Below are positions 53,330-64,000 of a stretch of DNA of 64,000 nucleotides, in pieces. The number at the start of each line of letters is the position of its first letter. Position 1 is the stretch's first letter. Position numbers and translations under genes: made by a program. Origin of the DNA: Vicugna vicugna (taxonomy: Eukaryota); NCBI GenBank assembly GCA_013265495.1, contig MU062032.1, positions 62,001-126,000 on the forward strand, given 5' to 3'. The notes below the pieces were generated by a model. It was not told where the DNA came from, made no database searches, and saw only the letters and a list, made by a program, of their open reading frames with translations.

Positions 53330-53800
53330 ATATAGGAAGAAAGCACTAAACTCAGATGAATGTGTGCCAGGAATTTGCATATTACTTCACAGACATTATA
53401 ATTAAGCATGGAGAGAGGTGAAAAATAGGATTGGTGTCACAAGACTAGAAATGGACAAATATCCAAATCCTCAAAAAGGCAAAAATTGGAAACTCAAGCT
53501 CATAAATTTAATATCAACTGGTAGTAAGTAGCTTTCAGAAAAGTCTAAGATGATTATTAGTAGTAAACACATTTAACCTGAGTCTAAGATATAATAGAAG
53601 AATCTCAAACTTGATAGTTTGAAGAGAAACTGTAGTTGTTCTAACTCGAGAGATAATTAGTAGATTGATATTTCAGGGAAAAAGTGTTGTAGAATAATTA
53701 ATTTCTTCAAACATTTGACAAAATCTCCCGTGAATTCTCTGAAGAAACTGTTTAATTTGATACTGTTATATGGGTATAATAATAACAAAAAGTGATTAAA
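53330..53800 (+). mobile_element. L3/CR1 RT-region fragment
   Basis: GACTAGAAATGGACAAATATCCAAATCCTCAAAAAGG (cf. DWR.ANV.PIFKKG) and TTCTTCAAACATTTGACAAAATCTC (cf. FSKAFDKV). Confidence 0.55.
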
Positions 53801-54745
53801 AGAGAAGATAATTGGCACAAGGAAGGAAAACAATATTTAGTGACTCTAGTGTCTATAAATTGTAGCACAAAGTATAGCCAATAAAGAAAGTGAACTTGAG
53901 ATTGTAAAGTGATAATATAACAGCATAAGTAAAATTGAGGCTTGGTAATGTCCTGTAACAGAAATAGCTCAAACAGAAGAGGTACTAAATTCCGAAGACT
54001 CAGGCATGTTAGGAAGCAAGGCGGAGAAGCGCTATGGGTTTAGAAAATTTCCTGCAGGGAAATATGTAAACCTGAAACTGAATCCTAGCTGGGCAAATGA
54101 TGTCTGAGAATAAGAGGATGTAAACAAAACTACTGAAAAGGCTGTGTAAGTGTGTTGAGACTACCCAGTAAGAGGGGAAGGCTGGTGGGTGCCCGCGCAG
54201 GCACTCAAACTGCTGTAGAGCTAACAGGGCCTCATCTTTCTGGACAGCTGTGTAAATTTTTTAGTGTTAAAAGTAGAGCATTCAGAAAGTTATTTTTCAG
54301 AAGGATAGAAATGACAAGGGGAACTTGTTACCCCAAATTTTATTTTTACCAACATGGAAAAATCATTTAGTTCAATTGAAATGAAGAAAGATCCTGGAGG
54401 AAAATGTAGTTACTTCAAAATGCAAGAGACCTACTCTATGTCTAACCCTTCTAGGGAATTTTTTTTTTAATTATCATGGCTGTAGTAGAAATTCTCTTTC
54501 TGCATGACCTCATTCTTTGTCAATATTAATTTCTTCTTAGAATTTAATACGTAAGTATCTAGGTGCTTACAACAAACAAAGTTTAACACTTCAACCAAAA
54601 CACATCCTTTGGCTTTTCACAGATGTGCACTTATGTCAAGATTCAGGGAAAGAAAAGGAAAACATTCTAAATAATTCTAAAGAAAATAATATTTTTTGTT
54701 GTGATTTGTTTTGGAAGAAATAGTGCAAGCTCAATTACTCTGGCT

Positions 54746-55214
54746 ACAGTAGTAGTAGCTGCTGTGTAACTAAAAACCTCTAAAATATCAGCAGCTTACA
54801 AAATAGAAGCATATTTCTCACTCATGTAGAGTTCAATCATTAGTGGTTTGGGGGGGTTAGGTTGTTCATGGAGTGGGAAGGAAGCTCTGCCCCATATAGT
54901 CATTCAGGGCCCTGAACAGATGGAGGCTCTGTTATCTACACTGTGTGGTTTCTGAGATTTCTCTGAGTGTCAAGAAAGAGGGCATGAGGATTACATGGGA
55001 GCTTTGTATGGTCTAATCCTGGAAGTGACATATATCCTTTCTGCTCCAGTTCTACTGGCCACAGTTGTTTGGCTTTATTCCATTGGCCACATAGATGTAA
55101 GGGGAACTTGGACTTGTAAATACCTGCTGTCTGGGCAATTACTTCCCAGCAACAGCTTTGAAACCATAGATGGGAATATGAGTCTTTGATGGAAAACCAG
55201 TTATCTGTGTTACA
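54746..55214 (-). mobile_element. MaLR LTR (MLT1K-like)
   Basis: CTTCCCAGCAACAGCTTTGAAACCATAGATGGGAATATGAGTCTTTGATGG...TGTGTTACA corresponds to the antisense MLT1K start. Confidence 0.75.
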
Positions 55215-56664
55215 TACTGTGTCATACAGAGTTATCTTGATATAGGTCATTCCAAATCTATTAGTATAAAGATAATGTTTTTCTTTACTGACAGTTATCA
55301 CTGTTTATTGTCTGAACAGTGGAGATCCACTGAGAAAAAGTAACTGTCATTATTTTTGATGGGGAGATGGGTTTTTAATGCTCTCAGGGCCACTGTTATC
55401 AAACAATATCAAATATTTAAAATATTATCTTATTGAGTTATAGAATTTTAGAACTAGGAGAAAATTTGGGGAATGACCACTCCAACACCATTTTCTACCA
55501 AGTAGAATCATATGTTTTATATTATGCAGTTAGGATATAAATTTATTGTTGAGTGCCAAAATATATGAAATCAGACTTTTTCTTGTGCCTAAATAAAACC
55601 CACATAAAAAGCTAGGCATTTAATGAGTCATGTTAACTGTTTCAAGCTTCTAAACTGTTAGACATATCCTCACTCTGACATTGTGGAGTGTGCAAAGGGA
55701 CAATGATAATTTTGCAGCTTGTCCCATGTGCCGCTGTTATTTGATTTATGTGCTGTACCTGCCTCCTATGACACTGTCTGAATTTATAAATCTGCGTAAA
55801 AGAACAGGGACCCATAACTCAAAGAGGATAAGATGGGCTAAAGCCTGAGGCTGAGAATGTACTGTGGAATTGGAACTCTTTTCCCTCATGAATACCCATG
55901 GGTATCAAAGTTGCTAAAGGTTAGCATTCATCACAGAGGGTCCCAGTCAGTATACATGGCAGGGTTCCAAGAATAGTTGTTTTTTTTCTGTCTTCAAACT
56001 TTTGTGTAGTCCACATAACAATTTTTTGTTGTTTTTGCTTTTTTAAAAATAAGATAAACTTGATGCAATTTAGTGTTCTACTAATGTATACCTCTGCATC
56101 ATACCTACCTATTAGTCAGTGACTACTATAAGCAGGATGTCCTATTTATTATGGGGAGAAAAAAATTATAAGGCACAGAGTGTAAGCCCTCAAACTTATC
56201 ATCCAGCAAAGGAGATGACAGAGCTCGTGAAAAATAATGGCAGCATATGGACAGTATATGAAAAGGATCCTAGGATTATAAAACACTCAGTAGTACAGAA
56301 ATTCAAAAGAGGGAGTTCACTGAGGATGAGGTAGTGAGGGACCATGTAATATAAGCAAGATAAGTAAGTGCATGCTGCAGCCAAGCTGCTTTATATTCAT
56401 AAAAGCTTTTGGAGTAGCCAGGTCTTACCACTTCTCCAATCTTTGGTCTGCCTTTCCTTTGTCCTTGTTATAATTAGGTCTGTATCTCAGTGTCCAGTAC
56501 AACCTATACGAAAATTAGGAAATTTAAGTCACATTTAAGGTTTTAAAATTAATTAATTATTGAAGTACAGACGTTTAGTTTTCTCTGTCACGGACAGTAG
56601 CCTCATCTCTGCCCAATCACAGACACTCTGGCTTTCAGGATATGAAGGTTAGGCATATCCTTAA

Positions 56665-56845
56665 TTCGTTCATTCAGCAAATAATTTGAACCTGAAATAT
56701 TCACTAAGCTCTTATTCTGTGTCAGGCACTGTTCTGGTGGTAGGAACGCAACGTTGAGAAGGCTAGAGAGAGAAGTCAGAATGGCCGAGTAGCCTAAGGC
56801 ACTATGTTGCGAAGGATAGGGACCTAGCCCTCATCATCTTGTTTC
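56665..56845 (-). mobile_element. L2 3' end, interrupted by a tRNA-half insertion
   Basis: TTCGTTCATTCAGCAAATAATTTG...TGTGTCAGGCACTGTTCT...GCCCTCAT. Confidence 0.65.
56775..56808 (+). pseudogene. Retroposed 5' half of tRNA-Leu(CAG) (tailless retropseudogene)
   Basis: GTCAGAATGGCCGAGTAGCCTAAGGCACTATGTT vs tRNA-Leu-CAG 5' GTCAGGATGGCCGAGCGGTCTAAGGCGCTGCGTT: 27/34 identical, all 7 differences transitions. Flanked by a ~17-bp direct repeat. Confidence 0.75.
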
Positions 56846-56909
56846 ACCAGTTTTAGGGAACTCTGTGAAGTAGCTTTCTCCTGCCTCAAAGTAAGGAGAT
56901 GGTATAATC

Positions 56910-57384
56910 CAGCCGTTCTCAAAGTATAGGCAGGGAGTCTGCAAGGACAAAATTATTTTCATAATAATACCAAGATTTATTTGGTTTTTTTTCACTCTCA
57001 TTTTCCAATGAGAGTGTTCCAGAAGCTACATAACATGTGATATCATAACAGATTGAATCTCGAAGCAAACCTGAGAATCCAGCTGTCTTCTATTAGGCCA
57101 GACATTAAAAAGATTTCCAAAAGTGTAAAACAGTGTCACCTTCTCTCTAATTGGTTTTGGAAAATAGAGTTTGTAAAAATATGTTATTTATGTAAACAAA
57201 CAATGCATTTTTAAAATTTCTAAATGAATTAATTAATACATATTTTTAAAATTTCTCAGTTTTAATTTAATAACATATAAATGCTGAAAGGTATAATCCA
57301 CATAAACAAAAGCTCTTTTGGGTGGGTCCTAATTAGTTTTTAAGGGGGTTAAGCAGTTGAGACCAAAAAGCTTGAGAACCCCTA
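56910..57384 (+). mobile_element. Charlie1-type hAT internal-deletion derivative
   Basis: Termini CAGCCGTTCTCAA / TTGAGAACCCCTA; internal GAATCCAGCTGTCTTCTATTAGGCCAGACATTAAA; degenerate 8-bp TSD GTATAATC / AGGTAATC. Confidence 0.8.
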
Positions 57385-57590
57385 AGGTAATCTATTGCCC
57401 CAAATGGGGACCCTTTGAGAGTGAAAAGGGATACTATTATTAATTATACCAGAGACCAAGGTGAGAATACATCCCAGCTTGCCTAGGATAATCCTACTTT
57501 ATACATATTTTCCTAGTTTATATTACTAATAGCCTTTAGTTTCACTGTCAAAATATCCTGGTTTGGAGAATCAGCTGTATGGTCATCCTA
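57385..57590. mobile_element. Two MER94 (hAT-Blackjack) pieces in opposite orientation
   Basis: Minus piece 57385-57457 (CCTTTGAGAGTGAAAAGGG..TATTATTAATTA) and plus copy 57458-57590 ending TATGGTCATCCTA. Confidence 0.55.
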
Positions 57591-58877
57591 CCTGTGGGAC
57601 TAACTAATGGTTCCTTGTCTTACACCCTCCTAAGCTTGCTATCAAAGACAACTTCAGAACATGAACTTTGCTGGGAAGGGGTCTTCTGGGGCCAAATACG
57701 CCTGTCACAAGTAGACTAGTGCAAGAAGCAAGGACACACTATACATCCACTTTATGTTTTTTGTTCTGTTTTGTCTCAGAGACGTCTCAGGTCTGAGAAG
57801 AACATTGTTAATCTGTCTTTTAGAGGAACAGGCTTTTAGAGTAGCCTGCATCAACTCTAGTAGTTACCGGATGTCTGAAGAATAAAATCTTTCCTTTTAA
57901 GTAACTTCAGCCTTTGAGAGAATGTTGGGAGGAATGAATAATTCCTGTGCTGCATTTTATAGAAGGTCACTTTCAAGTATGGATGCTTGTTACGAAAACT
58001 GGAGGAATTTGTATACTCAAATTGAAATAAGGTCATTGTCTGAACAGAATCCTTGAAGCATTAAAAAAAACTTGCCTAAAGCACCACAAGGAAAACATAC
58101 AGTGTTGAGTATTTTCTCTCTTTCCTAAAGGTTGAGATAGCTAACATTTATAGAACAACAACGCACAAATCTGTAATGAAACACATCACTGAATCGCAAC
58201 TAAAGACTTTGAGATTAGATACATCCTTTTGGAATACTTGCCAACAAATAACATAGATACGTTATGGATTCTCTTGGAATATGTTTTAAGAAACAATGGA
58301 AGCATTACAAGCAGAGTGGGAAAAGAGAGAGAGGAAGAAAGAAAGAAAAAAACCAACCAGCTAGGGACAGGGAGAGAAAAAAACAAGAGAAGAGCAAGAG
58401 AGAAAGCATTAGGCATATGTGAGCATACAGCTTGTTTCTTGGGCACATCAAGGGCTTCTAGCCAAGGGCTGTGATGTTATTCTAGACAATTTTACTGACA
58501 TAAAATAAGGAGTCTAAATTATGATGAAATCAGAACCAGAAGCCAACCACAAGGGAAGCCATTAACAATTTAACATGAGGGAGTGTGGATTCCGCTTGTC
58601 AAAGAGAATATTAGAGGACCATTTGATATAAAATGCAACTATCACAGCAGTGAGGGTTAGGTACCTCAGCTGGGTTTGCCTTGAACTCGTTGCCTTACAA
58701 AGTTAAACACAGACCTGGGTGTTTCACGAGCACAGCATATATTATACCAAAGCAAAAACTCACATCAACTGAATAGGATGAGGGGTTGATTGGATACCTG
58801 TCTATCAAATAGTTGTTTGGCAAAGGCAAAGATCACAGGGAGCAGTAAGAGGTGAAAGTGGACCTGAGGAGAAATTC

Positions 58878-58950
58878 AGAGAGTTCTTTTTTATTTTTTA
58901 TTTTTATTGAGGTATAATTGACATACACCATTATATTAAAAGAGAATTCT
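58878..58950 (-). mobile_element. Extremely truncated L1 tail (~50 bp) with 10-bp TSD
   Basis: T-rich tail plus TTATTGAGGTATAATTGACATACACCATTATATT, flanked by AGAGAGTTCT / AGAGAATTCT. Confidence 0.7.
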
Positions 58951-58959
58951 GAATCTTAA

Positions 58960-59145
58960 GACATTGAGTCAAATTTTAGCTGGACTGCTTCCTGTCTGTG
59001 TGATCTTGATAAATTTTTATCATCTAGAATCCTAATGTGCTTCATCTAAAAATGAGAATAATAATATCTAGCTCATAAGAATGATGTCAGAATTCATGAA
59101 CAACAACAACAACAAAAATGTAAGGCACGTAGCTCAGTGCCTGGA
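58960..59145 (+). mobile_element. MIR SINE
   Basis: CTGTGTGATCTTGATAAATT...CTTCATCTAAAAATGAGAATAATAATATC...GTAGCTCAGTGCCTGG. Confidence 0.7.
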
Positions 59146-59264
59146 GGGAGTGGGACCTCACTGAAACTTACCCACGTCTCCTTACTTTTCAACCAGTCTT
59201 ATTGTGATCTTGTTCGCCCTTTCTTACTTTTCCTTCTCCATCTTGTTTTTCTTTTTTTCTGTTC

Positions 59265-59355
59265 TTTTAAAAAAATTTTAGTTTGATTACAGATTTACAG
59301 AAAAGTTGCTAAGACAGTACAGAGAGTTCCCGTACACCCCTCATCCAGTTTCCCA
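59265..59355 (-). mobile_element. L1MB-like 3' terminal fragment
   Basis: AGATTTACAGAAAAGTTGCTAAGACAGTACAGAGAGTTCCCGTACACCCCTCATCCAGTTTCCC. Confidence 0.75.
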
Positions 59356-62300
59356 TCTTTTCTTTTCTAAATTCATTTTTCTTCAGTTTATTTGAATGTA
59401 TGTTTCCACCTATCTTAAACAGAAGTAGATTGTATTCTAGTATAATGTTGCATCACTCACTTCAGTTACACCTTCTTCATCCTTACACAATGCACAATTG
59501 ATGAAAGTTAAATGATTACCATAGGCCAGAATATTATTAAATTATCTGGGGCTGAGTATGATTATTGGCTTTCTTTTTGGATGCAGAAAACTTCAGAATA
59601 ATCTAGTCTCTAACTTGGAGGGAACTCAGTCAGTTGGAGGCAAAAGAAAAAGTTGATAAAACCCTCATGTCAATCTGATGGTGCAGGTATTATATGAGTT
59701 TGCATATGTATTTTTATATGTATATTATATATTTATGTATGGACCCTAACAGCTAGCAATAGATCTGATGGTTTTAATAATTGGGAAATCATTTCAAAGA
59801 TGTGGTGATCAGGTTATAGGGTTTAAAAGGGCTGAGATAGAAGGTTTAGTTTAAATTTATACCCATGGGGGCTTTATGTAGTATCCTGCTGTACCCCCAT
59901 GGCCCTGGGTAATAGAAGGAGGAATTGAGCTTCTTTAGTTTCATCTCCCATCTCATGTCCTTCCTGGGTCCCCTTTGTCTTTGCTTGCCAACATTATCTC
60001 CGTAATCACTGTTTGGTCCTCATGGAGGTTTCTTACCTAACACTGTTTTCCCCTGAGAACATTCAGTGTTCTCAAATAGCCACAGCAGTCTTACTAACTT
60101 TTACCAATAGCAAATACTCTTCCCTTGGTACTCTGTTTAAGCTACATGTCAGGGAAGAGAATGAGTTCAAATGCAGGAATTTACATAGAGCATTATATAT
60201 AACTAACTTAGTACCCTTTTCCTCCCTGGAGCAGTTACATTTTGAAAGAAGAAGCCTTGCAGTTAAAAAAAATTACTATCATCCCCAAGAATGGACCTCT
60301 AACATTGGAATTTTAGGCACTATGGCAGGAGAAGGAAAAGCATAACCTTTCTTGGTGCTTCTCCAATTGAGGACTGCTGGAGACTATGAAAAAGCATCTA
60401 ACTTTTCCTGATACTTTGAAATCTCTTAAATTTACCACATTCACAGCAGCTGAGATAATAATATTTATGAATAAAGGAAACATGCTATGAGGAGGGTGGG
60501 AGAACCAGCCAAAGGGATTCTTGGGTCATTTGGGGGAAGGTGCTATTATCACACCATCTTTATCTCAACATGAAGATGAACACTGTGTGGGCTAGTGTCA
60601 TGAATTCATGCCATTTAAGCTTCCAAGATCCAAACCAATGGAACAGGAAAACTCACCTAAAGCAATTTTGAAACAGAGTCTTGTTTAATCCACTGCAAGC
60701 TCTTCCTCTGGCTGTAGACCTAGGCATAACATTTTTGGAAAGAAGAAATAATGAAGTGCAGTGCTAAAGACTGGAAAATGAAGAATGATTTGAAGGTGTG
60801 AAAGGATTGGGAAAAAAGATAAAAGGTAGTGACAGAAGTTTATTTCATTCCCATCGTGAGATTTGGCAATGGTATATTGCTTCTTGCCTTCAGTTACCAA
60901 GGCCACAAACCATTATTTTCGAAAGCTCATTGCCCTGTATGTGCATCAAGGTTTTATGGGAAGATAAAGGGGTTGTGAGGGAAAAATTGCCTGACTATTC
61001 CTGTTAATAGGTTTTCTTCTTCCTTTTTCTTCTGGAGAGAATACCTAGAAGAAGGAAATGCTCATGAAATAATAGTAATAGTAATCATCAACACAACACT
61101 AATCATCAAATCTTTGTTACTGTACTGTGCTCAAATCAGATCCCTCCATCCTTTACCTTCCCTTTTTCCATCTTCCTCTGTATGAAGAACATGCACTAAA
61201 TAGTTCTCTGAACGTACTGCTGGCTTACCTGCTAGTGAAGCTTTTATTAACATTTCAATAGACACAAAAAGAAGTGATCTTACTGACAGAGCAAATTCAC
61301 CAGATGAGCTATACAGTCACAGACAATACAATTTAAATTATATAATGAAATTGCAAACAATGGAGTAAAATAAATGAGAAAAAGTATATTCTGATATAGT
61401 AACCAAGGAGGTTCGTGAATCAAGCTTAGGTTTACTTGGAGACAAGATGAACGCACTGTGCATGGATGGTATAATTTTCCATTTCTTCTTCTGATATCAC
61501 TCTAACTGGTTTTTTAAATGCACTGACAAAATGCAGCTTTTACTAGAGAGGGATTCAGAATGAGAATTCCTTCTTCTAACCAATAATAAGCAATGCTAGC
61601 AAGAATATCCGATATTTTAAAGATTTTGTGCATAGCCCATTAGATTAGCTGAGAGTTCACTATTCTAATATGGTTGTGCAAACCCAATTTGGTGTTAGTT
61701 CAGTAGGAATTGGACTTTGCTGGGAGGTATGCATTTGCTCCTGTTACACTGCACGTGCAGCAAATTTTGAAGCTTTCATTTGGTTCTCACATTTGGTACT
61801 GCAGGCGAAATGCCATTAGGCAGAGTGAGGTAAGAAGAAAAGGCAGAGAAGCCATGAGACCCTGGTCCAGCCTTTGACTTCCGCTCAGGAGGTATAGTTA
61901 ACAGCCAAATTGTGCTATCAGGATTATTCATTTCCTACATGATCTGAGTTTTATGCTCCACAAGGAAAAGGAGAGGAGACTGGGTGGCTTGAAGTACAAC
62001 TTCCCCATTGGCTGCGTACAGGCTGTGCTATTTATTACTTACACCCTCATCTCAGAGCTGAGAAGTGCAAGAGTGTTCCCTGTGTCTGAGCCAAATGCTC
62101 TTTCAAATGCCATATTTGGCTTGTACTTCTTTAAATGAGATCAGATTGCTATTGAAAATATTATTTCTCATTTGTTCATGCCCATCTCTTCCTGATGCCT
62201 CCAGTGAAAAGGCTTATCTATTTTGACAGAAAAGTTAAACCAAATTGACTCTGCCATAGAAAATTGAACACTGAATCTTGAAGGGTTAAACATGCTTCAG

Positions 62301-63274
62301 AAATGCTGAGATTTTTTTTTTCCCCCTAGAAACTGCATGCTTGAAAGATCCCTAAGCTGTTAGGGTTACCATGGTAATTATTATTCTTAAATGGAGAGGT
62401 TTATTTGTGAAGCAAAAAGACCAACAAACTTGTTGCCTATATCTCTAAATCAGAATTATACCCACAGCCATCTTTAAGGAGGGAAGATTTGGAACTTGTG
62501 GAAGATTTGAATAATGAAGATCAATCTTTATCAGGATTTGTGACAGGCTTGCAAAAGAAAAAGGTGGAACATGAATATATTAGGGATATTTACTGAAGCC
62601 CTATTTATTGGAGGGGCTTTACCATTTTTACTTTTTGAAGGTAGGGTGAGGGTATAAACAACCTCAGAATCAACTGTATTTTAGGGAAATCAGTTTATTA
62701 GAGCATATGTTAGGTTGTTTTCTATATGGCTGATTATAATGGTTTGAGGTCAATTCATTTTAATATGAAAATGACTCCAAGAACTTAACTATTAAAAATT
62801 TTTTTTAAATCCTAAAGTCATGGCCTATTGAACCTGTTTCTCCCGATCTTAGGGGAAAGAGACCTTGCTTGACATAGCAACGGTGTTCATAGCTGACCTT
62901 AGCACTAAAGAGCACTTTTGCCAAATGTAAGAGTGATGTCATGAAGTGGGGAGGCTAGATACTCTTCCTCACATGGGGAATGGCTCTACTGTATGTAAGA
63001 AGAATACTGTCTCACGAATTTGGGACAAAATACAAAAGTCTAAAATTAACTCTGTGATCTCCCTATTTAAGGTCAGTCTGATTTTAAAATTAGACAATGA
63101 TTTGAAAGCAAACTGAAAATTCCTGTTGGACAGGTGTATCCTTGTACTTTGTACATCCCTTTACTCTTACCCCATAACCGTGTAACTGTGACTCTCCTGG
63201 TTGGTCACCCCTGGTAGATGCTGGGGCTCAGAGCCTAAGGAAGAGGAGGCAGGGGATAAAGCATGAAACACAGA

Positions 63275-63420
63275 GTTGAAGTGCCTGCTTTCAAGCTCCT
63301 CCTCATTTGTTGTCTATGTGACTTGAGTAAATTTCTTAATCTCTTTGGGCATCAGTTTATCAGCTATAAAATAAATATGATAAGAAAACCACCTTCATAG
63401 GGTTGTTAGAATTAGGTAAG
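63275..63420 (+). mobile_element. MIR SINE
   Basis: TATGTGACTTGAGTAAATTTCTTAATCTCTTTGGGCATCAGTTT...CCTTCATAGGGTTGTT. Confidence 0.7.
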
Positions 63421-64000
63421 TTAATTCCTGCAAAGCTCAGGCTTGCTCAGAACAGCTCTGGCATAGAGAAAGTGTTATGGCAGTGCTAGTAGCTTCTCTA
63501 GCGATATTGTCTTTTTATATTTCCATTCTCAGTTACAATCCTGATCAGTTGCTTGATAGAGTTTTTTGAAGTAATGACTGAATGAGACTTTGATTCAATT
63601 AAGGGGCCCTTTTATACTTCCTGCCATGATTGGTCATCTTGCTTCTAGGTGAAAACTTCCCGTGACCACAGCAGCTGGTTCTGTTGTTGGAAAGCTCTGT
63701 TCAGGAGCTCTGTTGTCTTCCTGCCACCTCTAGAAGACTGCCTTCTGGGGAAAATGTGTCTTCTTTGAGCCTGTATGTCCTGACTATAAAAAGCCTGTTG
63801 TGTTGGGTAGGAGAAGGAGTGTTGGTTTCTCTCTTCCACACATCAGTGGGCAAGCTGCATGTGCCTCACTGAATTCAACAATGAGAAGTGAGTTATGAGA
63901 CTGTTTTTTCCCCAAAGAGAGATGCTTATTTCACTTGGCAATTTGATCTCTAAATAAGTCATCTTGCCTATTTTGTGGGGTTATTTTTCACTACCCCATT

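Noticed and set aside
54936-55301. 121-aa minus-strand ORF
   Set aside because: Mostly within an MLT1 LTR; no protein family resemblance.
56545-56585. Possible second mini L1 tail (TTATTGAAGTACAG)
   Set aside because: Match too short and TSD ambiguous.
59862-59902. 9-bp inverted repeat CCATGGGGG/CCCCCATGG
   Set aside because: Several such stems are expected by chance in 64 kb.
1-64000. CRISPR arrays, operons, intact tRNA/rRNA/snRNA genes, NUMTs
   Set aside because: None seen: no regularly spaced repeats, and no U1/U2/U6/7SL/5S/Y or mitochondrial signatures recognised; the sequence is mammalian non-coding DNA.

Overview
AT-rich, CpG-depleted mammalian genomic DNA with no recognisable protein-coding exon, rRNA, intact tRNA or CRISPR array. 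The six-frame ORFs are short chance ORFs, decayed L1/L2 fragments, or run through N gaps. The window holds many old interspersed repeats (MIR, L2, L3/CR1, L1M, MaLR/ERVL/ERV1 LTRs, hAT DNA transposons). It also has one cetartiodactyl-type L1 3' end and no visible Alu, Bov-tA, PRE-1, CHR, Can or ERE SINE, which points tentatively to a camelid-like genome. The single clearly functional-looking landmark is a ~0.5 kb CpG island at ~50.7-51.2 kb. It carries NRF1-, E2F/BANP- and YY1-like motifs, a 20-codon ORF in strong Kozak context and a 5' splice donor; no gene could be named for it. The most notable oddities are (i) a ~0.6 kb local duplication of L2-derived DNA (28.1 kb vs 31.9 kb) with patchwork identity suggestive of gene conversion, and (ii) a TSD-flanked retroposed 5' half of tRNA-Leu(CAG) at 56775-56808. 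I found no evidence for a novel multi-gene system. Repeat family names come from recalled consensus sequences, and most repeat boundaries are approximate; both need RepeatMasker/Dfam confirmation.
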